In this document: piece by piece, positions 39,435 through 52,100 of the stretch | How the letters are laid out: the number at the start of each line of letters is the position of its first letter | Position numbering within the stretch: position 1 is the first letter of the stretch | Assembly (NCBI GenBank): GCA_040954595.2 | Contig: CM082597.2 | Coordinates: forward strand, 310,001-374,000 | DNA length: 64,000 bases | Direction: 5' to 3' | Source: Balanoglossus misakiensis | Taxonomy: Eukaryota > Animalia > Hemichordata | Made by a program: the position numbers and the translations under genes | The notes under the pieces: generated by a model | Seen by the model: the letters and a program-made list of their open reading frames with translations, nothing else | The model's database searches: none | What the model was told of the DNA's origin: nothing

Positions 39435-41761
39435 TTTATTTGAAAGCCACCAAGAAAGTGGCAAAACAAATTATATAAAGAAACGCATATTTGTATGCTT
39501 TACAATGTAATAACAATATTTATGTTTACAGTCTCCATAGTAACAGCTTCACCATAATTACTTGTAGAAAAAATACAGAATAAACAAAAACTTACAAACT
39601 TGTTATGACTGACTCTCATTGATAAACAACAAGCTAGAGATATATAAATTATGCACATTTTATCCACAAAATATTAAGTTTTAAAAGAGATGAGAGGCTG
39701 ATATTAAAATCTGTGATAGGACTTTTATAGGTCAACAGGTCAGGGGTCAAAGGTCACAGAACAACCCTAAGTGTAATTCTATTACCATGTTCTCACAACA
39801 AAACATAATTGAATACGTCAATAAATTGGCAGCTTTTTTAGAGTAATATTGTCTTTAATGTGATGTGTCAAAGTCCTTATGTCACATCGTTCATTGAATT
39901 CTGTAAACTGTTTATATTTTGCTTTGAGTTGGCACTAATTTCACTCTGTCAGGTACGTCAGGTCTGACAATATTTAACACTGGCTGAACAGAACTTTAAA
40001 TTGAGACTTGGATTGCAAACTTTGCAATTTCCAACATATACCAAATGTCTATAATGCAACACTTCAAAGTTTTAAAGTTTTTTTACAATATTGTAACTGT
40101 TCATTTTTATCATACAACAAAATGTCCATAATGTAATATTTCGATACTTCAGGTGTTACAATGTTGCATGAAGGAATCTCATTGGCTACTTGTACAAAAA
40201 TGATTTTATCCTCATTAGTTCACCAAATTCCTTTGACCGTTGACCTGATCATGCACATCAGTCACTATTAAACGACCCAACTGTTTGTGAACCATGTAAT
40301 ATCAAAGCAACTGCTGGGGTATACCATTTTGTCAGTCAGTCAGAAAGTACTACGTTTGCTACATTTTTGTCCAGTTTTCAAAGAATAACTTCTTTTTGCA
40401 ACAAAGTAATTCAGTACAGTAACAGTTTATTAGATATACATACCTTGTCAATTCTTTGTATGCATTTACAACAACTCAAATTTCTGCATAGCTCTCTCTC
40501 TCTCTCATCTTTCTTATTTACAATGTAACTAAAATGTTTACTTGGCTGTAGCAAACACTGCCTTCTCATGACATCAGGAGCTAAATAATCTTCTCATCTC
40601 TGTCTATGAGGAACCATGAAATCTTGTAGTGCTTTGTGGCCAATAAGAGTGAAGAACATGGCTACTGTATTGTTTCTGTTTGAATCATATCAATACCGTT
40701 ACTAATATCTGTTCTTCTTGTAAACACTACATACTTATTTGGCTTATGTCCACAGCTCCAAAATCCTTGCAAGTAGAGTGTAGTAGCGTTCAGAGCTTAT
40801 CAGCCAAAAAGCCAACTCCACCACCACAAGCAGTTCTCTGTCTACACTCTTGATGTGTCTGTTATAAAACTACTCCATGTAGAAACACAAGTTTGTTTCT
40901 GTATGTCTGTGTAACTCTGTGCGCAACACTGTATAGTGCCACAACATAACCCCAACATGAACAATCTGTTTTTGCATGTAACAAGAAGAAACTTTGAACA
41001 TGAAACAATATTACGAAATTATGTCAAAAAGAACAACTTTCTCTGTTAAAAACAATTCCTGTATGTCCACGTAAAAACCTTAAAAAGCAAAGTTCCTCAT
41101 GACATCCTGATCCCAAACTGCTACAATGTACATAAATTCAGGATTCACTTAAATCGCAGATTCTTCAGATCAAATTATAGAACTTGTAACATCCATTCTA
41201 CAGTAACCCATCCACAGATATAAAATCGAGTCAAGTTCTGATAGACAATGGTTCTTACAAATCTCAGTGGATGAACTTCAAACAATGAGAACTGATTAGA
41301 TATGAAATCTGCATTAAGGAAATACTATTAATATAAAGCACAGCAGAATTTAATGAAGAATACTGAAACAACGAGATGCTTGCTCCTAATTCTACTACAG
41401 TTAAACCAGATTTGGCAACAGGTGTTCAGAATTAATCTTGCAAAGAAACGACAAGGAAAGTTAACGGAAAAGAATTGTTACAATGTTCATGTTACTCTTG
41501 GTATTCACAAAAGTTTCTCCATTGTTGCTGTTTAAATTCCAATTTTCTTGTAATAACTTACGAGAGAAATATAAATTCCGTATTTTTTTTTGGCATTGAT
41601 ATCAAGACAATGGCTTTACAGGCACCAGGATAAGACAATAACTTCTACAAAGACACATCAAGTTTTGCTAATACTTTAAAGTTAGCCTGTACAAAAATAC
41701 ATCAAGACAATCTGTACAAACATCATCATTTCATCATAGTCTCTGCTCCTTCGGTTCCTCC
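39435..41761 (-). other. Putative ~2.3 kb AT-rich 3' UTR of robo ending at AATAAA
   Basis: No coding signal after the stop. TTTATT at 39435-39440 reads AATAAA on the - strand and is followed by a GT-rich tract (gtgtctgtttgttattct). Sequence character changes beyond it. Confidence 0.5.
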
Positions 41762-44700
41762 CTATTTATCACAATGGTCTAGTCCACCTCCAATAGGCTC
41801 CAGTTGCACACTTGGATCATTCCAATATTTACGGGTGCAGGGTATCTCTGCGAGATTACAGCAGAACGAGACCATTCATCTGGACACAGAACCACAGACA
41901 GACGACGCGATAGCTTCTTTTTATACATGTGGTACATTCCACTTTGAGAAAGGGGTGACAGGCATGCAATCTATGCCTTGAAGTGGTTACCCTGGTCATG
42001 TTCAAATGCCATTGGGTTAGCAGTCACCCTTAATCCCATATCATTGGTATCTTGTAAGAAACACACCGCATCATTGGCATCATTTATAATCGGCGGATTG
42101 TACGGTCTTTCTTGTTTCCTTCGTCCCGTTGATCCTCTCGATGAAGTATCACTCGAAGATGTTGATGGGAAACTAGGTTTACTATAAGGAATGACTTCAT
42201 CATTCTCACCAACTTGTTGTACCATTTCATGGTGCATGTCATGTCTTTGTGATTTTTGTTTCTCATTTTCTTGTCGCGACTTTTGTGATCTTTTATGGCT
42301 GCCTTTGCGGTCTGTTAATTTTTCTGGTTTCTCTGGCTTTTCTGGTTTGGCAGGCTTGACAGGTTTGTTACGGTTGAGTTGTTCTGAAACACAGAAGAGA
42401 AGGACTGTTTAGTGTGGAACCTCTACAGCTTATAGGCAATTGTCATTTCTGAAATTATCAAAGTTTTTAATAAAGGCAGTTTCAAAATAGATAACGCTTA
42501 CCACTTCTCGGATTTTTATTTGTTTGTTGTGGTACTGGCTCTGCTCGTTGGTGGTGGTGGTGCTGCTGTTGTTGTTGTTGTTTATTTTTGTGTGGATATT
42601 TCGGTTTGTTGGGTCTGCCGCCAATATGGCCGCCCATATCTCTGACTGGACTTCCAGATCTTTGTCCTCTCTGTGATGGTGGCATCTTCTTTTGACCTAA
42701 TACAGCAGATTGTAACCAATACATGAAATATCATTAGATACAAACTGACTGTCACCCTAAAAAATCATCTGAGAGGGGCTACATTTGTATCACAAGGAAA
42801 TCTATCATCACAGCCATCTACAGGATATATTGAAGAATTGCCCCTTCCTTACCTGCATTAGGGTCAATAACCTTTGAACCCTCCACTTTCAATCCAGCAC
42901 TCTCTGCTGCAGCTGCTACGGCACTCGCGAAATCCGCATCTGTAAAAAAGGATCCGTCTGAGCTGTCGCTAACACCACTACACCTGGCACTGGTTGTTCC
43001 ACTACTGCCATCTAATGACGCCCAGGATGCCATCATGGAACCTGTACACAAAGAGTGAGAGAAGAATTTCACAGTCACATACCCAGCATACAAACCTGTT
43101 CAGAATGGGCAAGCACTAAAAGGCTGATTAAATCCTAGCAGCATGGGTATGAATATTGATGTTAACAGTTGTGTCAGCAGTATTGGGTGAACACCAACAA
43201 GTTCAACTTTTCTACAATGTTATATTGTTAGAGAAAATCTAGAAATGATTCAAGTGGAAACGAATGAAAGCAACATCTTACCAGTGCAATTACTTTCAGT
43301 GTCTCCATCGAGTTCTTCATCCTTCACTGACGTCTCCGCATCAGATATCTCAGAAAACATCATCTGATCATTATGCATATTAGCTGCATTTGGCATGGCT
43401 AGATCTATACTAAGTCCCGGACCATGAGGAGTGTCTTCCAACCTGGCCGGAAGCATCGGCATAAGATGCTCTTCTTGTGGATAATCCTCATTATCCGTGT
43501 AATCAGTCTCAATTGCGGATTCACAGTTCTGTAATCCCACTGAATTGCACACAGCGATTTCCCGATATTCCGGATTGCTTCTCAGTTCCCTGTGGTGACC
43601 TCCGTGATTTCCATGCATATTTCTCTGTTTTTTGTTCAGACTATGTATCGGCATATCGCGCATATTATCATGGCCTTTCATCTGTTCCTTGTGTAAAGAT
43701 CCCCCTCCCATACTCATTCCAGGTCCCATCGGATAATCCGGCTGTCTGTGCATGGGAGGTCCTGCCATCATGTTACCTGGATTTCCACGGATATACTGCC
43801 TGTTTCCTCCGGATCCATGGGAACGCTGAGATGCCGCAATTGATGCGTTTTCATCGTGAGGATCTGTTTGGTAGCCTTGCGATGACTTCACACTTTGTTG
43901 CGATGGTATTGGTGATCCTAACACGTGATATTGAGGAGAATCAGGGGGGCTGTCGATATCAGTTGGAGGAGGATGTTCTGGTGGTGGGGGCAGGAGATCT
44001 GCCCAGTTCAGCGCTGGCTGCTTGTGACCTTTGACCTTCTTCTTTCGTCGTCCACTTCCGCCAGAATCTGAAACAAGAAAATGAAACTTTCAGACGTGAA
44101 ATATGATCATATACATTGATTTTCAAGTTAGAATTGTCAGAGCTTTATTCATTGAAGTGAAACATAGCCAGTATATTTCATGCAAACATGTACTAGATGG
44201 ATTTGATAAGACAATGATGCTGGTTGATACTACAAAGTCACTTGATATCACTACACTTTCTAAATCCTGATGTAAGAATGTAATTTTCAATGCAATGCTG
44301 TTATGCAGTGTTTGAGAATGTAAAAAAGCTTTTCATGTCGAAAAATGGCTCATCAATAGAAGAAATAAAGTGGTTGATTTTGTGTACCTTGTGTGTAGCT
44401 TCCTGAATCACTAACTGGACTAGTGGCACATGAATCTGTTAGCAGTGCAAACAAACAAACAAACATCAATCACAAAACATGTTTAATAGCAATCTGAAGT
44501 AAAATCTGACAATTAGTAACAATCATCACATGTTATAAATGATCCACAACTGAGGTGTGTTAACGATACACCCATAGCCAATATGGTGGACATAAATGTG
44601 TGATATTTGATGGGTCTTGTATCAATTCACAGACAAAGACAGTATTCTGCCAGGGAAGAGGATATCAAGACTCAATTTACAAATAACTCACCATTGATTC

Positions 44701-47700
44701 GCAAATGAGAAGGCAGAGTACATGAACTTGACCCAGAGTTTTCCGTGTCTATCATCTTTTCATGACGCTTCTTGCTGTTATAATACGGTGGTTGAAGCCA
44801 TGGTTTGTCCAGGTTGTTTCCACTATAATTTTTGTCCAGATTATCCTTGATGTTGGGTGGCATGACCAGAGTTGTGGATGCGTATGGCTGAGTAATATTC
44901 TGCTCTTTTCCACTGACGTTCAGACTTTTATGATCTAGTGGGTTGATCATCTCTCTTGGTATTGAGCTGACTTCTGCATACTCAGGAATGTTGCTGTAAA
45001 TGTCAGTACAGAAGAAACTGTTAAGGACTGTTTTAGACGCAGAACGTAAACTTGTAAACTGTGCAAATGTGTGCGCATTTGTCTCTTCCCATAGGATTAC
45101 ATTGAGAAATGCTAGAGAACCAACTTCTACTATTGTCATTTTCATGAAATATTTGCACTGTTCTCACCTATGTGCCATCATGTCTGGTGTTATGAAGACA
45201 TTGGTAGTGTTGTCATTCGGCATGATGTTATTTTCTTTCAACATCCCATCACCATCTAGAACGTTGGGAGGGTAGCCATGACCCACAACTGTACCATCTG
45301 TAGAAGTAATATGCAAATGAGTGAGTCAATGTCATGAAATAGCGCCCGTGACACTGTCATCCTAGTTTGTATCAGATCAGCTCTTTTGTATCGAAAAGTC
45401 ATAAACAACAGAAAATGAAACGTATGTGTTTATCAAAGAATATGAAAGCTTAAGTTGTTAAAACATGAATGTGGGGAGTAGACTTGAACACATGTAGCAA
45501 TGACAATAAAGCATAAATGATTAAGAGTAGACAAGCATGAATACAAAGTTTGATATGAACACAAACAAATATAAAATTAAAAAGAGAAGTATTTGTATAA
45601 TTTTCTGGACGACTGAAGAGTCTCCAAAAAGGGTTAAAACTATGGAACGTATAATTATTAACATTTCTGATGAATAAAGACATTTGTAAATTCTGTAAGT
45701 AGAAAGAGAGCAGATGTAGTGACTCACTTGGATAGCAGCAAGCTTGTGAAGTCAATGTTTTGTAATGTGCTGCTATTCAGAAGTCAGATCAGAGTGCAAA
45801 AATAGACACATTTGTTAGTATTGTTACATTGTATCATTTTAATTATATTGTATCCAGGATATTTTGCCACTGTGCTGCTACATTATTTGTTATGCCAGGT
45901 GCAAAAATTAGAACATGTAGTGGCTTAACAGAACATGAAACAGACAGACAAGCAGACAGAGAAATGGGCAGACAGACAGATAGATACATAGACAGAAAGA
46001 GAGAGAGAGAGAGAGACAACAAGAACAAAAAGATACACAACACACAGATAAATGTTGTTACATTATCCAGACATGATAACAGCTTACATGTATGTACATT
46101 GACAGATATACAACTAATGTTTAACATGCCAATTTTGCCATGGCAACTGCATCATGCCAGTGTTCCCATGACGACTATGCTCACCTGCACTTTGTTGCCA
46201 GTTTTGTTCCATCCATGTGGTGTTACTATCTTGATTCATGGTGCAGTTTCTACTAAAGAAATAAAGGGAACACAACGAAATTGATTGCAAATCCTTGAAC
46301 ATCCTACCATCAAATTCAAAGTATTTAGAGTTTAAATATCTAACTTTTGTGTTATTAAAGACAATGGGCCATGCTTTGTTTGTCTGTCCTATGGCCTCCC
46401 ACATAAACTGCCTAGCCACGCGAGATCTCGCACAGTCTCGTGGGGTTTGGAAAATGGTCTACTGTGATGAAGTGCATGGTTTACCTGGTTGACAGAGTGG
46501 ACGAATCTCCAGATGGTCTGCTGACATGGTCTGAAAATAATCATAAACATCAAAAGATATTATTCATAACAAGTCCCTTCAGACACGAAATCTTCTAGGT
46601 TTACTCGTTGTACAAATTTTATTCATTCTCATGCAAATCGTAAAGAAATGCTTTGTGACGTACCTAGTTTAATATTATTATAGAGTAGAGACTGTTTCTT
46701 CTTTCTTCTTTTATACAAGAATATACTGCATACTAGAAGAGCGATCCATATCAGAACTCCCAATATACCAATGAACCATGGATTAGACATCACACCACCG
46801 ATCTTGTCCGCTAAACTTGGCTGTGAAATGTCTGATACAATTGGATCTGCAAAATAAGCATAATTCTATTCTGAGGGCGAACAATTACACAGAATTCTGT
46901 AGCCCATAGAATGTCTACAAAAGTTTATGGAAATGAACAGGTAATTAAATAGAAAGACCACTATTACTGTCGACAATGACCAACTTTGATGCTTACCCAG
47001 TTGTAAAAACTGCTTGCTGCTTGGAATCCCAACACCCAATGCTGCAGTCATTGCAGCCACTTGAATGATGTACAAAGTACCAGGGGTCAGGTCGCCAAGG
47101 ATGAGGGATAACGTTTTATTATCTGTCGTTTTGTTGATATGGTTACCAGTAGCATTGTCAAGACACCAAATCTGGGAGAAAACATTGAAAACTTGTTATA
47201 AAAGTCTAATATTTTCTACAAGCTACAGTAACAATGGGCGACTTGTCCTCAGTCCCGTATAAATTATCTAACCACGCAAGATCTCGCATGGTCTCATGGA
47301 AATTCAAAAATGGCTATTAGACATTGTTTCTATCAACAATTAGGTTCTCGAACCCTAGATCTCACTTATTACCTGGTATCCAATGACGACAGCTCGGTGT
47401 CGATGCCACTGGGGAGGCTTCCACATAACTTTAATAGCGTCACTGCCATTACTTTTAGCAACCACCTCCCTTGGAGCACTGGGTGGAATCACCAGAGCAC
47501 TGCCTGGGATTACTGTACTCAATGGATTTCCAGGAGGGGTTGTCACTTTTTTGGATCTGCTGGAAACACCTTCAAGGTTTCGTATTGACACGATGCGTAC
47601 GTCTTCTTTATATGCTTTTACTGTTACCACATACTCAGTGCTTGGTCTCAGTCCATCTATGGTAAAATATCGCCTCCTTCTGTCGGACGTTCTTTTCATG

Positions 47701-49101
47701 TCATATTCAGAACTACCATGCATTTGATACTTCACCAAAAATCCATCCAAATCGTTGCTGTTTGGTGGGTCCATCTACAAAAATACACAAGAAAAGTATT
47801 ACAGAAAAACCAAAAGCCAATTTAGTGTAAACGTAAGCTACATTGTATCTACAGTTTTAACACAATGATGAAAAATAATGACAATCTGAAATAAGGTCTA
47901 TAGAAGAAATTTTAGTCAACTCACTGTCCAGTACACTGTAACTTGATATGGACTTTCTGCTTCTATGTTATTGATGGACACCCGAATACTGTTAAGTCTT
48001 CGCTGCAATTCACTGGTCGATTCTGGCATCGGACCTCCTGATTCTGGATTAAGAAATGATACAAAAATAGTGTTAATTATGAAATCACAAAAATTTGTAA
48101 CTTGATCACATTTCAACATAAACTATAATCATGGTTACCTTTGGTTGTGACAGGTTGTGACACGGCACTGGGCAAGCTGACTCCATGTGAGTTGACAGCA
48201 CGTACAAGAAAGATGTAGGAAGTCGACGGGCGCAGTTGACGTACAACATAATTCTCTGCATGGATATTTCTGGACACAACTGTCCATCCTGTAAAGAAGT
48301 ACATATAAGATATCGAGCTTGAGACAGATAGATTCCAATGGACACTGTAAACATCACTATGAAAAGTTGGCCTACCAGAGCCAGTTTCTGGTACTGCATG
48401 GTATTGTTGCTGTGGTAACAAGGGGATTTGGACGGACATACAGGCAAACATGCATCCATCCATCCATCCATCTATCTGTCCACACATACATGTGTATACA
48501 AATGGGATCTAACAATGCATACGAAGTAAAATGTAACCAAATACTAACCTGATCCAACATCTCGACTGTAATATTCCACAATGTATCGAATAACAGCTGA
48601 AGCACCACTGTTGCTGTTTGGTCTCCATGACAACCGCACTGATGTTCTAGTTACATTCGATATTTCAGGCCTCGATGGTTGACCGGGGAACGTAGACGGC
48701 TCTGGTGTGCGGTGAATAACTGCTGTTGTAGACTCACTTGGGTCTGAATCAGAAACAGAGACATTTACTTGTCAAACTCTGAAGTAATATCTCTGAAGAG
48801 GCTGGAGCAAAAGAGCCAAACTAAAACTTAGAAATGTTTGAATGAAGACTAAAATCCCACAAGTTTACCAGTAGGCAGTTCTACAGTGCAATTCAACAAC
48901 TTACCAATAACAGTCAGTCCAGCACTCCATACTGTTTCCCCACTTTCACTGGATGCAATACATGTATACATTCCTGAGTCTGATATTCTCAGATCAGAGA
49001 TTTGTAATGTACCAGGGTCTAACAGGGATATTCTGAAATAAAAAATTGTTGATTTTAATTATTTTTATGTACACAACAATTATCAACATGTACAACATAG
49101 G

Positions 49102-49188
<87 letters not shown>

Positions 49189-52100
49189 CTGTCATTATCG
49201 ACACAGAATGATAATGTTTATATAAACTAAACACCACACAACTTACCTGTGATTGCTAGAAGAGATGAGAGAATTATCTTTCATCCATCTTATAGTTGGT
49301 GGTGGATTTCCTGCAGCAACACAAGGTAACATAGCAACGCTCCCAGTAGCTAATGTCTGATTGGACGGCCCTTGTCTTATGATTGGAGGAGGTCTATCTG
49401 TCATTACTGAATAAACAAACAAATATAAATAAACAAATTTACAGAATAAAACAAGAGAAACAAACGTAATGGCATTCCCAAAAATGAAACATTTTAAAGG
49501 AGTTTGTCAAAATATATTCTCTGAAAACCTACAATGAATCTGGCTGATCTGTGAAGGATGGTGACATTTCTCACCTATAACTGTCAGTTTGGCTCTGACA
49601 GTGCTTTTGCCTGCAACACTAAGAGCAGAGCACGTGTAGAAGCCTTCATCTTCTCTCTGCACATCTGTGATGACCAGTTTGCCTTCCTGCGTGACGGAGA
49701 AGCGACCTTGGACTCGCTCGGGAAACAACAGTTCCTAAAGAAGCAGAGAATGAGAGAGTAAATTGTAAGAAAACTTTGTAGACCGCATGATAAACCATAC
49801 ACAAATCCATTTATTTGCCTTTGAAACCTAAAACTGCATATTTATAAAATATACAGACCTGTCCGCCATCTCTCTGCCAGAAGATCGCAGGTTCAGGGTT
49901 GCCAGACGCCTTGCATTCAAATGTGGCCATTCTGTTGACGCCAATCACTCTATCTCTTGGTACAATGATAAAAGCTGGTTCAGCTAAAATGAGAAGCAAC
50001 AAGGAAAATATTGTGATGACATGAAATTGATACCAACTTTAATAGTGGGTGTTCCACTAATTTTACTAAATTGCATATATGTGTAAAATACTAGAGTACA
50101 CGACTTGGAAAAAGAAAAGTCACAATAATTTGTCACTAGAGGACGCTGCTCACAACTATCTCAAAGCTTCTTACCATGTATGCTAAGTTGAGCATCAGCA
50201 TGACTGGCTCCCACATTATTTGATCCTGTACAGATGTAAGCACCTTCATCTACAACAGTCACATGTCTGAGCTTCAAAGTGTTGTCATCTAGAATCTGGT
50301 ATCTGCAATCATGAAACAAATAATGAAAGTCTTCATCTACTTGGATTGAATATATGATTGTTCATGAAGATGAAATTTAATTGAAGTAAAGGTGAACAAA
50401 GGTGGTGATCTCCGTCTGTCCCTCACTCACTCACTTCCTCCCTCCCTTCCCCTCCTTTACTGACTCTCACTGCTTACCTTCCATTTGGAAGCACACCATC
50501 TCTTTTACTCCACGTCACTGCAGGAGGAGGATCTCCCGTCACTGTGCAGTAAAACTCAATATTATCACCAACAACAGCTGTTACGTCTTGTGGTGAGACA
50601 ATAAATGTTGGTTTCTCTGCAAAATAAAGTTAAAAGGGAAAAATATAACTTCAAGTCCTATATCTTATGTGCTATGAACAGGTGAAGTTACCATGGCTAC
50701 ATCAATAACATTTGTTTGTTTGTGTCTTACCTCTAACTGTTAATGTAACTTGTCTGCTTCTCTCTCCTCCAACCACATTTTCACCGATACAAACATACTG
50801 TCCAGCATCTTCTCTTCTCACCTATGAAGACACAACAAATCAACCTTGTAAGCAACTGTCTGTCAATGCTATTTCACAGTAACATGATGAGACCTGCAGT
50901 GGCACAGTGTACTGTTTGCTCAAGCACACTTTACACACATGCTTGGATGCTAAATTCATGTACTCTTACCTGAGAGAAAACAAGATCTCCCTCAGTTGCT
51001 ATCTGTACCCTATCATCAGGTTCAATGCGGTAGCCATCTTTCTCCCATGCAGTTGTGGGTTCAGGATAACCTCTCGGAGGCTCACACTCTATCACAGCAG
51101 AGTCCCCGGTTGCTGCAATGACATCTGATGGTTCCAGTCGAAACTCTTCTTTCAAAACTGTGGAGATGAAAAACATGACATGGATGTTTGAAAAATCTCT
51201 AGACTTTATTTATAAACATTGAGGATTTATTATGTTAGTTTCGATGAGCTTTATTTCTAACCAGTCACTTCATATTGCTCTGTCAGTGAACCACAGTAAT
51301 CATTAACGATTTCATCAGATCACATCATGTTAGACAAAGCCACAAATTAAGAACAATTAGATTAACTTGAATATCTGGCGACATACAAGAATGGATCAAC
51401 CATGAAATCATTTAATCTGCACTGAGGATTTTCTAATTGTCATCAACAAGGGTACTTCATTATCAGGTAAATTGATGACAGGTAGAATAAGTGTGACCCT
51501 CTTTACAGCTATAAGTTCATCCACGCTTCAATCCAATTGTCTCCTGGTTGTTCAGATAATTTTATGTCAAATGACAACATTGTACTGGTATACAATATTG
51601 CTAGAGAGATATCTTCTCTGGTAAGTCTAATTGCTAACTGTGTAGAGCTGACATACACAAAGATTTTCTTGACTTAGATCTTTAAAAGGGTGCACTGAAC
51701 TATATTAATTCCATTTGATTCCATGCCAATTAATGGCAAGACCAAATTATACTTTCAGTTTTGAATTTCATCTGAATTATAAAACCAATGGTCTATCAGT
51801 CGAGGTATCATTTACACAGACATTAGCCACTGCGGTAACATCAGCTTAAAATACGATACTGAATCTATGAAACACTGACCGCAATTTGATCATATCCATT
51901 AAGGCTAGACACAATTGACTTAAATTTGAGAGTTAATTGGTGCTGAGGCTTTGTGTAGATAAACTGCTTTCAAAAGGAAATCAATATCCATTGTTGACTG
52001 GTCAAATTTTTATTAGAAGTTTCTTCTTCTTGTTATGGTGATCTTGAAATTTAAAAATATACATACACACTGAATAGTATTGATAATATACAGTAAGATG

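Noticed and set aside
43477-44034. 185-aa + strand ORF
   Set aside because: Antisense shadow of the large robo cytoplasmic exon; no domain features.
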